Source: Rebecca billardiae RCC1528
Taxonomy: Eukaryota; Protista; Haptophyta
NCBI GenBank assembly: GCA_965240325.2
Contig: OZ251225.1
Location: forward strand, 3,658,001 to 3,722,000
Direction: 5' to 3'
Length of the DNA: 64,000 bases
A program made the position numbers and the translations under genes. Shown here piece by piece: positions 31,000-42,850 of this stretch. Under the pieces are notes generated by a model. The model worked only from the letters and a program-made list of their open reading frames with translations. It searched no databases and had not been told where the DNA came from. The stretch's first letter is position 1. Every line of letters starts with the position of its first letter.

Positions 31000-31398
31000 A
31001 TGTCGCCGAACGCGCCGGAGGACCTTCGCATCGACGGGTGCGACGAGCTGTCCGACGAGGATGAATCTGAGTCGCCCGTCTCCGTGGCCGAGCTCGAGAT
31101 GGACGAGGAGCGGCGCTTTCACATCCACCGGCAGACAGTGCTGGCACACTCCGCACTGCAGCCGAGGGTGAGCCACGAGTGGAACATCCATCCAGGCCAG
31201 CGTGTGAGGGACGGCGCACGCTCCATGGCGGGGCAGTCCTTCACGTCAGCGCACGCCGCCACCGACGGCGCGTTCACGGACGCGCGCTTCGGCAGCGCGG
31301 CTGCCCTGTGGGATGCAGCGTCTGAGCTCGATGAGGAGGCTCGCTTCCGCATCCACGCGCGAACACGACGAGCGGAGAGTGGTCAGCGACGAACATGA
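31000..31398 (+). CDS. Hypothetical protein with a duplicated DEE.RF.IH motif
   Basis: ELEMDEERRFHIH and ELDEEARFRIH occur in one 132-aa ORF. Confidence 0.5.
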   Translation: MSPNAPEDLRIDGCDELSDEDESESPVSVAELEMDEERRFHIHRQTVLAHSALQPRVSHEWNIHPGQRVRDGARSMAGQSFTSAHAATDGAFTDARFGSAAALWDAASELDEEARFRIHARTRRAESGQRRT

Positions 31399-32107
31399 GC
31401 CGCTGGGCTCTCTCTGCTGCACCACCGCAGCGCAGCAGCCTCCGCTGCAGAGTGGTCGTGAGCGCGCACGCTGGGCCGGCGATCAGGCCAGGCTGCTCCC
31501 GAGCACGTGACCGCGCGCCGCCAAGCTGGAACCAACATCCGGAAAATCAACGCTTGGGACCCACGCGACGCGCACGCGGGCTTGGTCACGCTTCGAAACG
31601 GATATGTGAGCAGGCAACGCCTCTTGACCGTTCCCGGGCGGCTGCCGGCTGTCCGCGTGGTGACGGCACTCCGCCGTGAGTCACACCCCTGACAGGCCCC
31701 AGCGCACCCACCACAGTTACCAGACTGGCATGGCCACTTCTGGGGTGTCACATGCATTGCCATGCTAGCGCTACCGCCAGGCAGCAGTTGGCAGTAGCCT
31801 GAACACGGAAAGGCCGACGATGTTGATCGTCCCGATGGACGGCCGCCGTAATCCGCGAAAAATACGCAAAAGGGAAAATGTGTCGCGTGTAGTCTTTTGT
31901 GGGAAAAATCAAATAAATCATCCCCGCCTTCGTTCGCGCTCCGGCTTTTGTTTCTGCGCCACGTCGCTTTCAGCAGCGACCGACCAATCACAGGCGCCGG
32001 GTTGGCGTCTTTGATAGGCGGTCATTAGTCCGTCTAATCAATGAGCGGAACCAACGTGCAGGTTCTAGACGACCTTCCGCGGGTCCGCTCCTTGGCACAT
32101 CGTCGCG

Positions 32108-33626
32108 ATGCGCGCGCCGACGCTCGTCTCCGCTGGCCTTCTTGCGGCGCTTGTGGGCGCCGCTTCGGCGTTCGAGGCCTCGGCCGCTCGCCTCGGTCGC
32201 TCGGCCGTCGCGTCGCGTCCGGCCGCCGGGCATGCGCGCATGTCCACGCTCGCGCCGCAGGTCGGCGAGATGCCGAGCCTCGATGGCGCGCTGCCCGACT
32301 GCCCCACGACGGTCTGGGACTCTGAGAATATGGACATCGCGGCGGAGCAGGCGAGGTACCGCGAGGAGGGGCTCCCCACCTGCCCGCTAGAGATCGTCGC
32401 CACCCCCGAGGAGAACGCCGAGGGCGTCGCCTACTTCTCGCGCAACGCGGACAAGTACCGCGAGCTGCTGCGCGAGCACGGCACCATCTGGTTCAAGGGG
32501 TTCGACCTGATGAAGACGGAGCAGGGCTTCCGCGCGTTCTACGACGCGATCGGGCTGTCGCCGTGCCTCGATCCCATCCACACCTCCGGCCTCCGCGCCT
32601 TCGCCTCGGCGCGCGACGCGGTGTACGAGGAGGTGAACAAGGCGTCGCTGGCGGGGCATTACATTGGCCTGCACAACGAGGTGCGCGCACGCACGCGCGC
32701 GCGCGCACAGGGTGCCGCACGCCGCGGGCGCTGGGCCGGGCGACGGGTCTAAGCGCGCGTCGGCGCGCACGCCGCGCCGCCCATGCTGCCCTCGCAGGCC
32801 ACGACCAAGAAGACCGCCCGCTTCGGCGCGTTTGTGTGCTTCAAGCCCGCCACCGTCAAGGGCGGCGAGTTTCTGATCGCGGACGGCGCCGCCATCTTCC
32901 GTGACATGGACACGAAGGTGCTGCAGCGGCTGTACGACGAGAAGGTGCGCATCTCCGTCTCCAACCTCGACTTCGACTTCCTCGCCGCGCTCGGCCCGCT
33001 CAAGGACGGCGCGCTCCAGCTTGCCAAGGACCTGGTCGGCTCGGTGGTCGCGCCCAAGTTCGACATGGACCTGGGTACGCGCGCACGCGCGCGCACGCGC
33101 GGCACGGTCGCACGCGCGCACGCGCTCACGCGCGCACGCTCGCGCACGCTCGCCCCGTCGGCCTGCAGAGATGCTGTACGGCACGGACGGCAAGCAGTAC
33201 CGGCTGCAGGCCATCGAGGGCGTGCAGTCGCCCGTGAACCGCCACCCCGAGACCGGGCGGCCCGTCTGGTTCTGCAACGTGCACAACCACGCGCGCTACC
33301 TGCGCGACCGCCGGCCATGCACTGTGCCGGAGGTGGGGATGACCGACGTGTTCCGTGGCGACCTGTCGAAGCTCGACGCGGAGACGCTCGACCACATCAA
33401 CGAGGTCTCGCAGAAGAACATCGCGCGGTGCGCCATGTCCCCGGGCGACGTGCTGCTGTGCGACAACTACAGGGTGCTGCACGGGCGCGACATCTTTGAG
33501 GGCGACCGGTACCACGCCGTCAGCTGGTTTGACGGCTGGAAGGGGGCAGGGCAGGACTCGATGGTCACTGACGGCGGCAAGCCGGGCAACTTCCTCAACA
33601 AGGTGATCAACACCCTCATCAAGTAG
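32108..33626 (+). CDS. TauD/TfdA-family Fe(II)/2-oxoglutarate dioxygenase, plastid-targeted; introns 32681-32797 and 33075-33168
   Basis: Signal peptide plus ASAF motif. Motifs IGLHNE (HxE), HPETGRPVWF and GDVLLCDNYRVLHGR. Canonical GT-AG introns restore the frame. Confidence 0.9.
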
Positions 33627-33846
33627 GCTGCGCGAACCGTGCTCGTCCGCACGGACGATTACGTACATCACGGCACTATCGCGGACGATGGTGCTGATCG
33701 CCCGTGATGGTGCAGGGCAACGCTGCCAACGGCCGCATCGGCACGTGCCTGCGGGCGCTGCAGTCAGCGTCCACCGTGTCCGTGACCACTCCAATTGCGG
33801 TATGATCCGTCCAGTGTTAAATGATGATGAGTGATGGCTCCGGCTC

Positions 33847-34418
33847 CGGTCCACCCCCCCCAGCTCCGTTACGTCTTATCTAAAGTCTTATGAGTTATGG
33901 TGCCACGGTCACGGTAGTGACGGTGCGGCGGCCCCGATTCCCGAACAGCCCGGAACGGTCCGAACCTAAAGAAAGCGGAGTCCCTTCCGACCCGCCCCGA
34001 TTATAATTATTGATGACTTCAATAATGACGAGAAATGATGGGGCATCCGACCACCTCCCAATATAGGTTCAGACTCTATTTTTACTATGTAATTACCCGT
34101 CCCTTACTCTGATTTTAGCACAGTCCGGGAGCGTTCCGCGGACCCGGACTTGTGTACATATGCGACTGAAATGTCTCCCGGCCTGGGTATTTAGGTATAG
34201 AAAATAGTGATGTCTTAGGAACCTATTGGAGGTGTGGCTGATGATCCATCTGCCGATCTGGCCATAATATCGTCCAACTCCAAGACAGACCGCCTCACTC
34301 GCCTGGGGTGGTCTAAGAGTAAGAGCTATTGTAATAAATCACCAGAGGCGGCGATTCCGCCGATTGCCGTGTCAATTAAGATGTAACGCTCCAGTGACCG
34401 GACTGGGGGGGTGGACCG
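33847..34418. mobile_element. Degenerate foldback/MITE (~570 bp) with nested inverted repeats
   Basis: CGGTCCACCCCCCC...CGTTACGTCTTA pairs with TAAGATGTAACG...GGGGGGGTGGACCG. An inner inverted repeat pairs ~34037-34100 with ~34180-34250. Confidence 0.6.
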
Positions 34419-34532
34419 AACTCCGAACTCACTGAACTGCCGGAGCCTGATGCACTGCTCAATAGCTCATGCGGACAGATGCGGAGGATGTATATATATA
34501 ATTCACATGTCAACTAGTGCGCTGCTTATGCC

Positions 34533-34564
<32 letters not shown>

Positions 34565-34876
34565 TAATACTAGTTACCTTCAGAGTAGTCTACTTACTAG
34601 TACGCGACATCATAGTAGTAGTATTTTAATAAAAGTAACCGTCGCGGCGTCGCGGCGGTCGGCGGACTCGGCGGTGCCCCCGGTTACACCGCGGGTCCGC
34701 GGTGCGCCCCGGGCGCATGCTGCCGGCCTGCCGCGGGGCTGCGATCGACGGTTGCGGCGAACGGTCGGGCCGGGTGTGACTGAGTCGCGCCTTGCGGTTA
34801 CCCGCTGGCCGCTGCGGCGCTGCGCGCCATATCCGAACCGTTCCGATAATAATAATAATATTATATTAGTTAGTAT

Positions 34877-37800
34877 ATGACCGCGTTCCGCGGTCCTTTT
34901 CCGTAGAACGAACGTAGTTCAGGGCCCGCGGTGGCGGTGCACCCTCCATCGCAGTCGTCTATTGACAGACCCGGAGTTGCATGCCCGTACAACTAGACTC
35001 CAGCGGCGCGCCGCCGCCCGCCGCGCCCGGGGCGCGGGCCCATCGGCGCACTTCGCAGCCGCCGGCGCGGCGCCGATTGTGTACAGGCGGATGCGACGAG
35101 GCGTGATCGACGCATGAGCGCGACTCCACGTGCACGCCAGGCCACGCGAAGCTGACAGCCAGGGAGCACGGTGCGGGGCCGCGGATTCGTTCGGGCCGCT
35201 GCTGCTGACTGACCGCTGTCCCGCCGCGGGTCACCGCGCACCGGCAGCGCCAGGATAGTTAGATGATTTGCACTGGTCCGAGTAGGGTTCGACCAGCGCC
35301 TGCGCGACGGCCGACAGGCGGGCGCGAGGCGTGATCGACGCATGAGCGCAACTCGACGTGCACGCCAGGCCACGCGGAGCTGACAGCCCGAGGGAGCACG
35401 GTGCCGAGGTCGGAGGTGCGACTGGGCACCAGTCACGGATCGTTCGCGCACGCCGCGCGTGCACGGGCTGACACACCTCGATCAGGCTCGGCACGCGTTG
35501 CAGAGGCACAGCCAGCTCTGGGGACGTCACGCACCACCGTCGCCCGCGCAGCTCGTCCTCCTCGTAGAGTACCGTTCAGTTCCGAGGCGTAGCCCTCGCT
35601 CAGAGTCGACCGTCGACGATGGACTCGGATCGTCGGCGCTCCCCGGAAAGGCATGGCAAGGGCGGCGCGTGGTGAAGTCGAAGACTCAGAGATCGATCAG
35701 TCCGGCATCAGGCGCCGCTGCCCCCGAGCTTGCGAGAGCCCGAATACAGGGCGGCTGCCGCGGCGCGGCCGGGGCGCCGCGGCGCCGACCGGCGCGCGGC
35801 CGCGCGCAGGCATCGACACGGGGCGGCGGGGGCGCGAGGAGTGGGCGGGGGCACGAACGCGATGTCGACGGCAGTCGGGACCCGCCGCAGCCGCGCGCTC
35901 CAGGCGCAACTCGCCGCGCGCACCTGCCCATCGCCGTCCTCACCCGTCGGTCGCTCGTCAGCTCGCCTCGGCTCTCGCGGTCTCGCCGCAGCCGTGGCGT
36001 ACAAAACGCGGGCCCGCGCGCCCCGGTGTCAGATAGTATTGAGATTCGCCGAGGTTGGCCCATCGGCTACTGACCCTTGCCTCGTCGGCTCCTGATACAG
36101 ACACGGCGCGATTGAATAGTTGATTCAACTGATTCAAGGGACGTACATGGTCACATCGGTTCGCGGCAATCTCTATCTAGATGTACGTCATCGCTCCTTG
36201 GACCTTGCTGCAATCTCATTGGCCGGAAAAATCGCTTGTAACGGTTCGTTACGTTAGGGATCCTAAAGGGCGTGAAGTTTTTTGGACGGGCGTCACTCCA
36301 CGCTTTACTATGAACTTGTTGTGGGCGCGACCTTTATCGGCCGTGATGCGTGTTAGAGAGGGTCTCAAAATTCGAAACTCGGTCTCCTCCAGCCATGAAA
36401 ATCGTCCCCCGTCCCTTTTTTCTTGCTGATCAAAGATCTTTTTGAAACGTGGTTAGGGCCCACGGAGCGGGCTCCACGCTGCGCGCAATGGCCCGCGGTG
36501 CAGGGCGGAGCGCGCAGCGTGGAGCCCGCTCCGTGGGCCCTAACCACGTTTCAAAAAGATCTTTGATCAAGAAAAATGGGACGGGGGACGATTTTCATGG
36601 CTGGAGGAGACCGAGTTTCGAATTTTGAGACCCTCTCTAACACGCATCACGGCCGAAAAAGGTCGCGCCCACAACAAGTTCATAGTAAAGCGTGGAGTGA
36701 CGCCCGTCCAAAAAACTTCACGCCCTTTAGGATCCCTAACGTAACGAACCGTTACAAGCGATTTTTCCGGCCAATGAGATTGCAGCAAGGTCCAAGGAGC
36801 GATGACGTATCTAGATAGAGATTGCCGCGAACCGATGTGGCCATGTACGTCCCTTGAATCAGTTGAATCAACTATTCAATCGCGCCGTGTCTGTATCAGG
36901 AGCCAACATGGCAAGGGTCAGTAGCCGATGCGCCAACTTCGGCGTAGTATCTCAATACTATCTGACACGAGTCTGGAGCCGGACTGCTGCCCAGCAAAGC
37001 CAAACCTTATTGGTTGCTGCGCACTCTCCGCGAGAGGGTCGCGAGCCGCACGAGCGACCGACGGGTGAGTGAGTACGGCGATGGGCAGGTGCGCGCGGCG
37101 AGTTGCGCCTGGAGCGCGCGGCTGTGGCGGGTCCCGACTGCCGTCGACATCACGTTCGTGCCCCCGCTCACTCCGCGCGCCCCCGCCGCCCCGTGTCGAT
37201 GCCTGCGCGCGGCCACGCGCGTCGCCCGGGGCGCCCCGGCCGCGCCGCGGCAGCCGCCCTGTATTCGGGCTCTCGCAAGCTCGGGGGCAGCGGCGCCTGA
37301 TGCCGGACTGATCGATCTCTGAGTCTTCGACTTCACCACGCGCCGCCCTTGCCATGCCTTTCCGGGGAGCGCCGACGATCCGAGTCCATCGTCGACGGTC
37401 GACTCTGAGCGAGGGCTACGCCTCGGAACTGAACGGTACTCTACGAGGAGGACGAGCTGCGCGGGCGACGGTGGTGCGTGCCGTCCCCAGAGCTGGCTGT
37501 GCCTCTGCAACGCGTGCCGAGCCTGATCGAGGTGTGTCCGCCCGTGCACGCGCGGCGTGCGCGAACGATCTGTGACTGCGGTGCCCTCGAACCTCGGCAC
37601 TGCGTGCCGTCCCTCGGGCTGTCAGCTCCGCGTGGCCTGGCGTGCACGTAGAGTTGCGCTCATGCGTCGATCACGCCTCGCGCCCGCCTGTCGGCCGTCG
37701 CGCAGGCGCTGGTCGAACCCTACTCGGACCAGTGCAAATCATCTAACTATCCTGGCGCTGCCGGTGCGCGGTGACCCGGGACAGCGGTCACACACAGTCA

Positions 37801-38132
37801 GCAGCACGGCGGCCCGAACGAATCCGCGGCCCCGCACCGTGCTCCCTGGCTGTCAGCTTCGCGTGGCCTGGCGTGCACGTGGAGTCGCGCTCATGCGTCG
37901 ATCACGCCTCGTCGCATCCGCCTGTACACAATCGGCGCCGCGCGGCCGGCGGCTGCGAAGTGCGATGGGCCCGCCCGCGGCGCGGCGGGCGGCGGCGCGC
38001 CGCTGGTGGAGTCTAGTTGTACGGGCATGCAACTCCGGGTCTGTCAATGGACGACTGCGACGGAGGGTGCACCGCCACCGCGGGCCCTGAACTACGTTCG
38101 TTCTACGGAAAAGGACCGCGGAACGCGGTCAT
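34877..38132. repeat. Giant palindrome / foldback element (~1.6-kb arms, ~24-nt spacer at 36487-36510)
   Basis: ATGACCGCGTTCCGCGGTCCTTTTCCGTAGAACG... is mirrored at ...CGTTCTACGGAAAAGGACCGCGGAACGCGGTCAT. The ORF track shows mirrored ORFs. Both flanks are TA-rich. Confidence 0.95.
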
Positions 38133-38613
38133 TATATATATTAACAATATTAAGATTGCTCAGGGATGGCCGGCGGCCCGGCCAGACGCGGCACGGCGGC
38201 GGACCGCCGATCAGATGAACTCAGATTAATAACTGGCCCGACTGATTATACGGTCACCGGTGACCGGCGCGGCCATATAAATAAAGGACGGTATAGCTAT
38301 ATATATAGTATATATATAGATAGATAGATAGTCGTAGTCTTAGTAACTACTATATTCGCAGTAACGTACGGCCATCTGCTGCCAAAATAACTGTGTCACA
38401 CGCCACCTTGTCTGGCGCAGACTCTCGGAGTCGCCTCAGGCTCCGAAGTCGGATCGGATGACAATTCCGCTGTGAGCGGGTTGATCACTTGATGTTCTCA
38501 GCGCACGGCGGCCGCGCTGCATGCGGCTGCAAGCCGAGCTGATCCTCGGCGTCAGCGCAGGACTTCACGACGGGAACATCCCCACCCGGCAGCCACGGCG
38601 CCGCCACATCGGC

Positions 38614-39198
38614 CTAGAGCATCGGCGTCGTGTCGACCTGGTACTTGACGATTGGCCGGATTGCCTCAATCAGGCTGCCGTCGATCAGCGTGACGAGGAA
38701 GTAGGCGATGACGAAGCCGCCCAGGGAGAGGCCCATCTTCTGTGCCATGGCGCCGGGCGGTGGCACCTCGTATTCCGGGATCGATTTGATGGCGTTCACC
38801 ACAAACTCCGGGATGCTGTCGCCACCAAGGAATGGGCCATCCTCCTCATCGTCGTCGCCGCGCGCGACAAAGCCGGAAGCACGCCGCTCCTCGTCAAGCT
38901 CGGCTTGGAACTTAGCCACTTTTGCCTGCATGTCAGCGAGCTCCTCGTCACTGCCAGGCGCGAACTCCGAGGCTTCCAAGTCGCCCTCGATGCTGTCGCC
39001 CGTCGGCACAGCGCCGCCAACCGGTGACGGCTCTGTCACACCCTCTTTCGAAGGCTCTGAGGTCTGACCCATGCTCACGCGGACGAAGGGTCGGCGGGTG
39101 ACGAGACGTGCGTGAGCTCGCGGTAGGCTCACGCGCACTCCGCAGCCGAGGCAAGCGAAGAGCGCCAGCAGCAAGCCCAGCAGCACGCGGCCCCCCAT
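38614..39198 (-). CDS. Hypothetical membrane protein with signal/transit peptide and a C-terminal TM helix
   Basis: Signal MGGRVLLGLLLALFACLGC, an acidic/coiled region and the hydrophobic GLSLGGFVIAYFLVTLI. Confidence 0.6.
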   Translation of the reverse strand: MGGRVLLGLLLALFACLGCGVRVSLPRAHARLVTRRPFVRVSMGQTSEPSKEGVTEPSPVGGAVPTGDSIEGDLEASEFAPGSDEELADMQAKVAKFQAELDEERRASGFVARGDDDEEDGPFLGGDSIPEFVVNAIKSIPEYEVPPPGAMAQKMGLSLGGFVIAYFLVTLIDGSLIEAIRPIVKYQVDTTPML

Positions 39199-39462
39199 AG
39201 CTGATCGACGTCGCCGTTGATGACTCTCAAGCACTGGGCGCGCCGCCGGCTCGGGCGGGAGAAAATGATGGCGACGATGCTGGCGAGTGGCACGCCTTTC
39301 TTTTTTTCTGGAGATCGGCGTCCGGCCGTCGGGTCCGGCGGCGGCGGGCGGGCCCCGGCCCGGCGAAGCCGAGGGACCGTTGTCCTGAGTCCTGACAGAA
39401 AGCTCCTGACATTTCGCCTTACAGTAGCGGAGTTCGCGCGGCACACGACCACGGCAACACAC

Positions 39463-40248
39463 ATGCACGCCACGGCGAGGACGCTGACGGTGATCTATGG
39501 GACGATTGGGGGCATGAGCGACGTTGGCAAGTTCGCGGTGCAGCTTGCCAAGTCGATGGGTGTCGCCGTGCGGGCGATCGCCCTCTACGACGGCCGCACA
39601 GAAAAGGCGGGGGTGGGTGAAGTGGCAGACGTCACCGATGAGCAGCTGCGCGCACAGCTGAGCGCAGACCTGCTCGCCAGCGAAATCAAGCAGTTGGACA
39701 TCACGTCGGACGGGGCGCAAGCAGTCCTCGAAGAGGCGGCCGCCGGCGCCGCTGCCGTAGTCGCGAGCTTCTCCTCGCGCCAGCCCGAGCTCCCTCGCTA
39801 CCTCGAGCTCGGCATCCGCAAGGTGATCGGAGCGATGGAGTCGAAGCGTGTCACTCGCCTCGTGTGCCTGTCGTCTTTCGGCATCGGCGACGACTTCATC
39901 CCAATGTCGCCCATCAAGCTGCTCTGGCTCGGCCTGCTGCGCACGGCCATCAGCAAGCCCCGGGTGGACCTCGAGAAGCTCGAGGCGGCGGTCCAGGCGA
40001 GCTCGCTCGACTATGTGCTCGTGCGGCCGTGCGGCCTCACGCCGAGCGAACCCGTGACGGGAAGCTACCAGGTGGTCTCCGCACGTGGGCAGGGGCGCCT
40101 TGAGCTAGGGATTGCAAAGGCGGACGTGGCCAAGTGCCTGCTGGATGAGGCGCTTGAGCCCAAGTTCCACCGCGCAGCCATCACGGTTGGCAAGCGTCCA
40201 GCGCCACGCGGGCGGAGCCTGTCGCAGGGCCAGGCTCCTTCATCGTGA
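39463..40248 (+). CDS. NAD(P)-binding Rossmann protein (flavin reductase/NmrA-like)
   Basis: Motifs TVIYGTIGG, RLVCLSSFGIGD, SSLDYVLVRPCGLT and IAKADVAKCLLD. Confidence 0.8.
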   Translation: MHATARTLTVIYGTIGGMSDVGKFAVQLAKSMGVAVRAIALYDGRTEKAGVGEVADVTDEQLRAQLSADLLASEIKQLDITSDGAQAVLEEAAAGAAAVVASFSSRQPELPRYLELGIRKVIGAMESKRVTRLVCLSSFGIGDDFIPMSPIKLLWLGLLRTAISKPRVDLEKLEAAVQASSLDYVLVRPCGLTPSEPVTGSYQVVSARGQGRLELGIAKADVAKCLLDEALEPKFHRAAITVGKRPAPRGRSLSQGQAPSS

Positions 40249-41034
40249 CCAGAGTCGGCACCATGATGATGCAGTGACACCGGTGGTGGCTGCAGGCGGA
40301 TGCATGGCCATGTTGCTGGGGCCCACTGGTCCGCCAGCCCTGCCAGCCGCCCGAATATGATGACACCATCATTGCGGGTCTGTCGACTCAGTCACCCGCA
40401 GTGTCGGAGGCCGACGGCGCCCCGACGGCGGCCTGGCGCGCCCAGAGAGCGGGCCGACCGGCCCGCCGGTCCGTGACTCGTGAGTGTGTCTGTGTGAGGC
40501 GTGTGACCCAGTCCGCCACTGATTACACTGTCCACGGCCTGCGTCTGCCGCCTCGCCGGTTGGCCCGCGCGGAATTGATATGCGCAATAACTGATCCCGC
40601 GCTCAGACGCCCCTCGCAGGCCCTCGTCGCCGTCGGCGTCGGAGCTTGACCTTGTCGCTTCCGCTTCGGTCGGCTTCGGAGCCTTGACGGTCGGCGAGTC
40701 TGACTAGTCAGCATGAGCACTGTTACAGTTTACCGCGGCGGTAAGAATAAGAGCAGCAGACGCACACAGCTCAGGCAGGCGAGACTGTAGTTACCTACCC
40801 ACTACATCATCAGTAGCAGCGGCTTCGGGCCTTTGCCCTTTGGGGCGTTGGCGGGCCGTCGGCACCTGGCACTAGTTAGTGCGGCAGGAGCCGCACCTGG
40901 AATTCCGGCGGCGGCTGGCGTCGCGGCATCGCGGCCCGGGCGCAGATGTCGCCTCCGATTGACAGAGTGGCGGCGCGCGCCCTCCGATGTGCCTCCTCAG
41001 CGTGTTTGCGAGAACCCAGATCACAGAGGTCAGA

Positions 41035-42850
41035 TCAGATTGCATCGTATGCAGCCGCCGCGCTGTTCCAGCCGTTCTTAGCGGCCATCTGCTCGCGGAA
41101 GTCTTTGTACAGCGAGTGGAAGTGGAGCGTGCTGCCGCCCACACGCACAAAGGCGAGGTCGTGCCGCGGCGAGCCAGACGGGTCGCTCGCGCGCCTCGAC
41201 GGCAGCAGCCGGATGCTGACCTGCGCGTGCATCGGCTGGGCCGCGCCCGCGTCCGCGGGCGCGGCCGCCCGCGCCGGATCGATTGAGCGCGCAGGGAGAG
41301 GTGCGGCCTCGTGCACGTGCACGACCGTCTCGGTGCTGCGGTCCACCTCGTACTCGACACCCAGCCGGTCTGCGCGCGGGGGCGAGCGGGGCGGCGCGGG
41401 CGTGTAAGGGGTTGCGCGCGGCTCGGCTCGGCGAGCACCGCGCGGCATGCAGCGCACCGAGCGACTCGACAATGGATGCCATCAGGTCGATGGCGGAGCC
41501 GCGCATCCGCTCCCAGCCGAGGTGCCGCACGAGGTCGCCCACGCTCGCGCGCGCATGTCGCTTGGCCACGGAAGCGTCGCTGCTCGCGGGCGCTGCCGCG
41601 GGCGCAGCGTCGGCGGCCTCTCCCGCGGCCACCGGCGTCGTCGGCATCGCAAGCACCTCCCACGTGTCTGCGGCGGCAACCGGCGCGCCCGCAAGCGGTG
41701 CGCTCGTGTGCGCGCGCTTGCGAGGCGGCCCGCCATCGGACGCGATGAACTGCGTGCTCGACGGCGGTCGCGTGATCCGATCCATGGCGGACCACTTGGG
41801 CAGCGCCGGCGAAGCTGCGATGACCTCCTCGCCACCCACCTCGTCCACCGGCCGGCAGCCCGCCCGCACCCAGGCGTCGGCGAGCAGCTCCCGTGCGCTC
41901 GGCCGCTTGGCGGGGTCCGCGGCGAGCAGCCGGCTGAGCAGCTGCACCGCGGCCGCAGAGAGCCAGTCGGGGCAGAGCACGCCGATGCCCTGCGCCTGCG
42001 CCGCGCAAAAGCGCTCGCACGCGTCCACGCGCGCGATTTTGAACGGCATGGTCGCGGTGAGCATGCAGTACAGCACGACGCCGAGCGACCAGATGTCCGC
42101 CTTCTCAGGCGAGTAGCCGCTCGAGCCCGCGGCGTCGGCCGCGCGGGGGCTGCCCAGCGCGGCGTCCTCGCTCGCGTAAATCTCGGGCGCGGCGTACGCG
42201 ACCGAGCCGCAGCGCGTGTGCCGCAGGTACGCACCGCGCCTGCTCGGCTCCTGCTCGCTGAGCGCCGCCAGCCCAAAGTCCGTCACCTTGACGGTGCCGG
42301 CGCCATCCAGCAGGATGTTTTCCGGCTTGAGGTCGCGGTGGTACACGCTGTGCTCGTGGCAGTGCGCGACGGCGGCGAGGATCTGCGCGAAGTAGTGCGC
42401 TGCCTCGGCCTCTGGCAGCCCGCCGTACTCTGCAATCTTGTCGAAGAGCTCGCCGCCCGAGCACAGCTCGAGCACCACGTACACCTGACCGTCGCTCACG
42501 CTCACTTGCGCCGAGTGCGTCCTCACGACGTTCGGGTGCTCGGGCAGCACGGTGAGCACGGTCAGCTCCTTGAGCGAGGCTGCGAACGCGCTCGATGCGG
42601 CTGAGATCTTCACGGCCACAGGATCGTTCGTCTTCAAGAGCCGGCCAGACCGCACGATGCCGTGCGCGCCCGCACCCAGCAGCCTGCACGCACCGTCTCG
42701 CGCGGCGCGCAGGCGCGTCAGGCGGCGCACCACGCGGCGCGACCGCGGCGCACGACCGAGCGCGCACCCGAGATCGGACGTGTCGATCTCCACGAGCCCG
42801 TCTGGCGTACGCTTGCTGACCTGCGGCACCTGCAGCAACAGGGGCGGCAT
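41035..42850 (-). CDS. CAMK-group Ser/Thr kinase (SnRK/MARK-like) with a C-terminal KA1-like domain; introns 42684-42767 and 41370-41456
   Basis: Motifs GAGAHG, VAVK, HPNVV, ELCSGGELFD, HRDLKPEN, DFG, CGS..YAAPE and DIWSLGV. The last exon has FVRVGGSTLHFHSLYKDF. Confidence 0.9.

Noticed and set aside
36250-36750. TTAGGG/CCCTAA hexamers near the palindrome centre as telomere-fusion remnants
   Set aside because: Only isolated single hexamers with no tandem array, which is compatible with chance.
34959-38090. Mirror-image ORFs inside the giant palindrome
   Set aside because: Frames are broken differently in the two arms and there are no transposase or other motifs, so the region is treated as non-coding.
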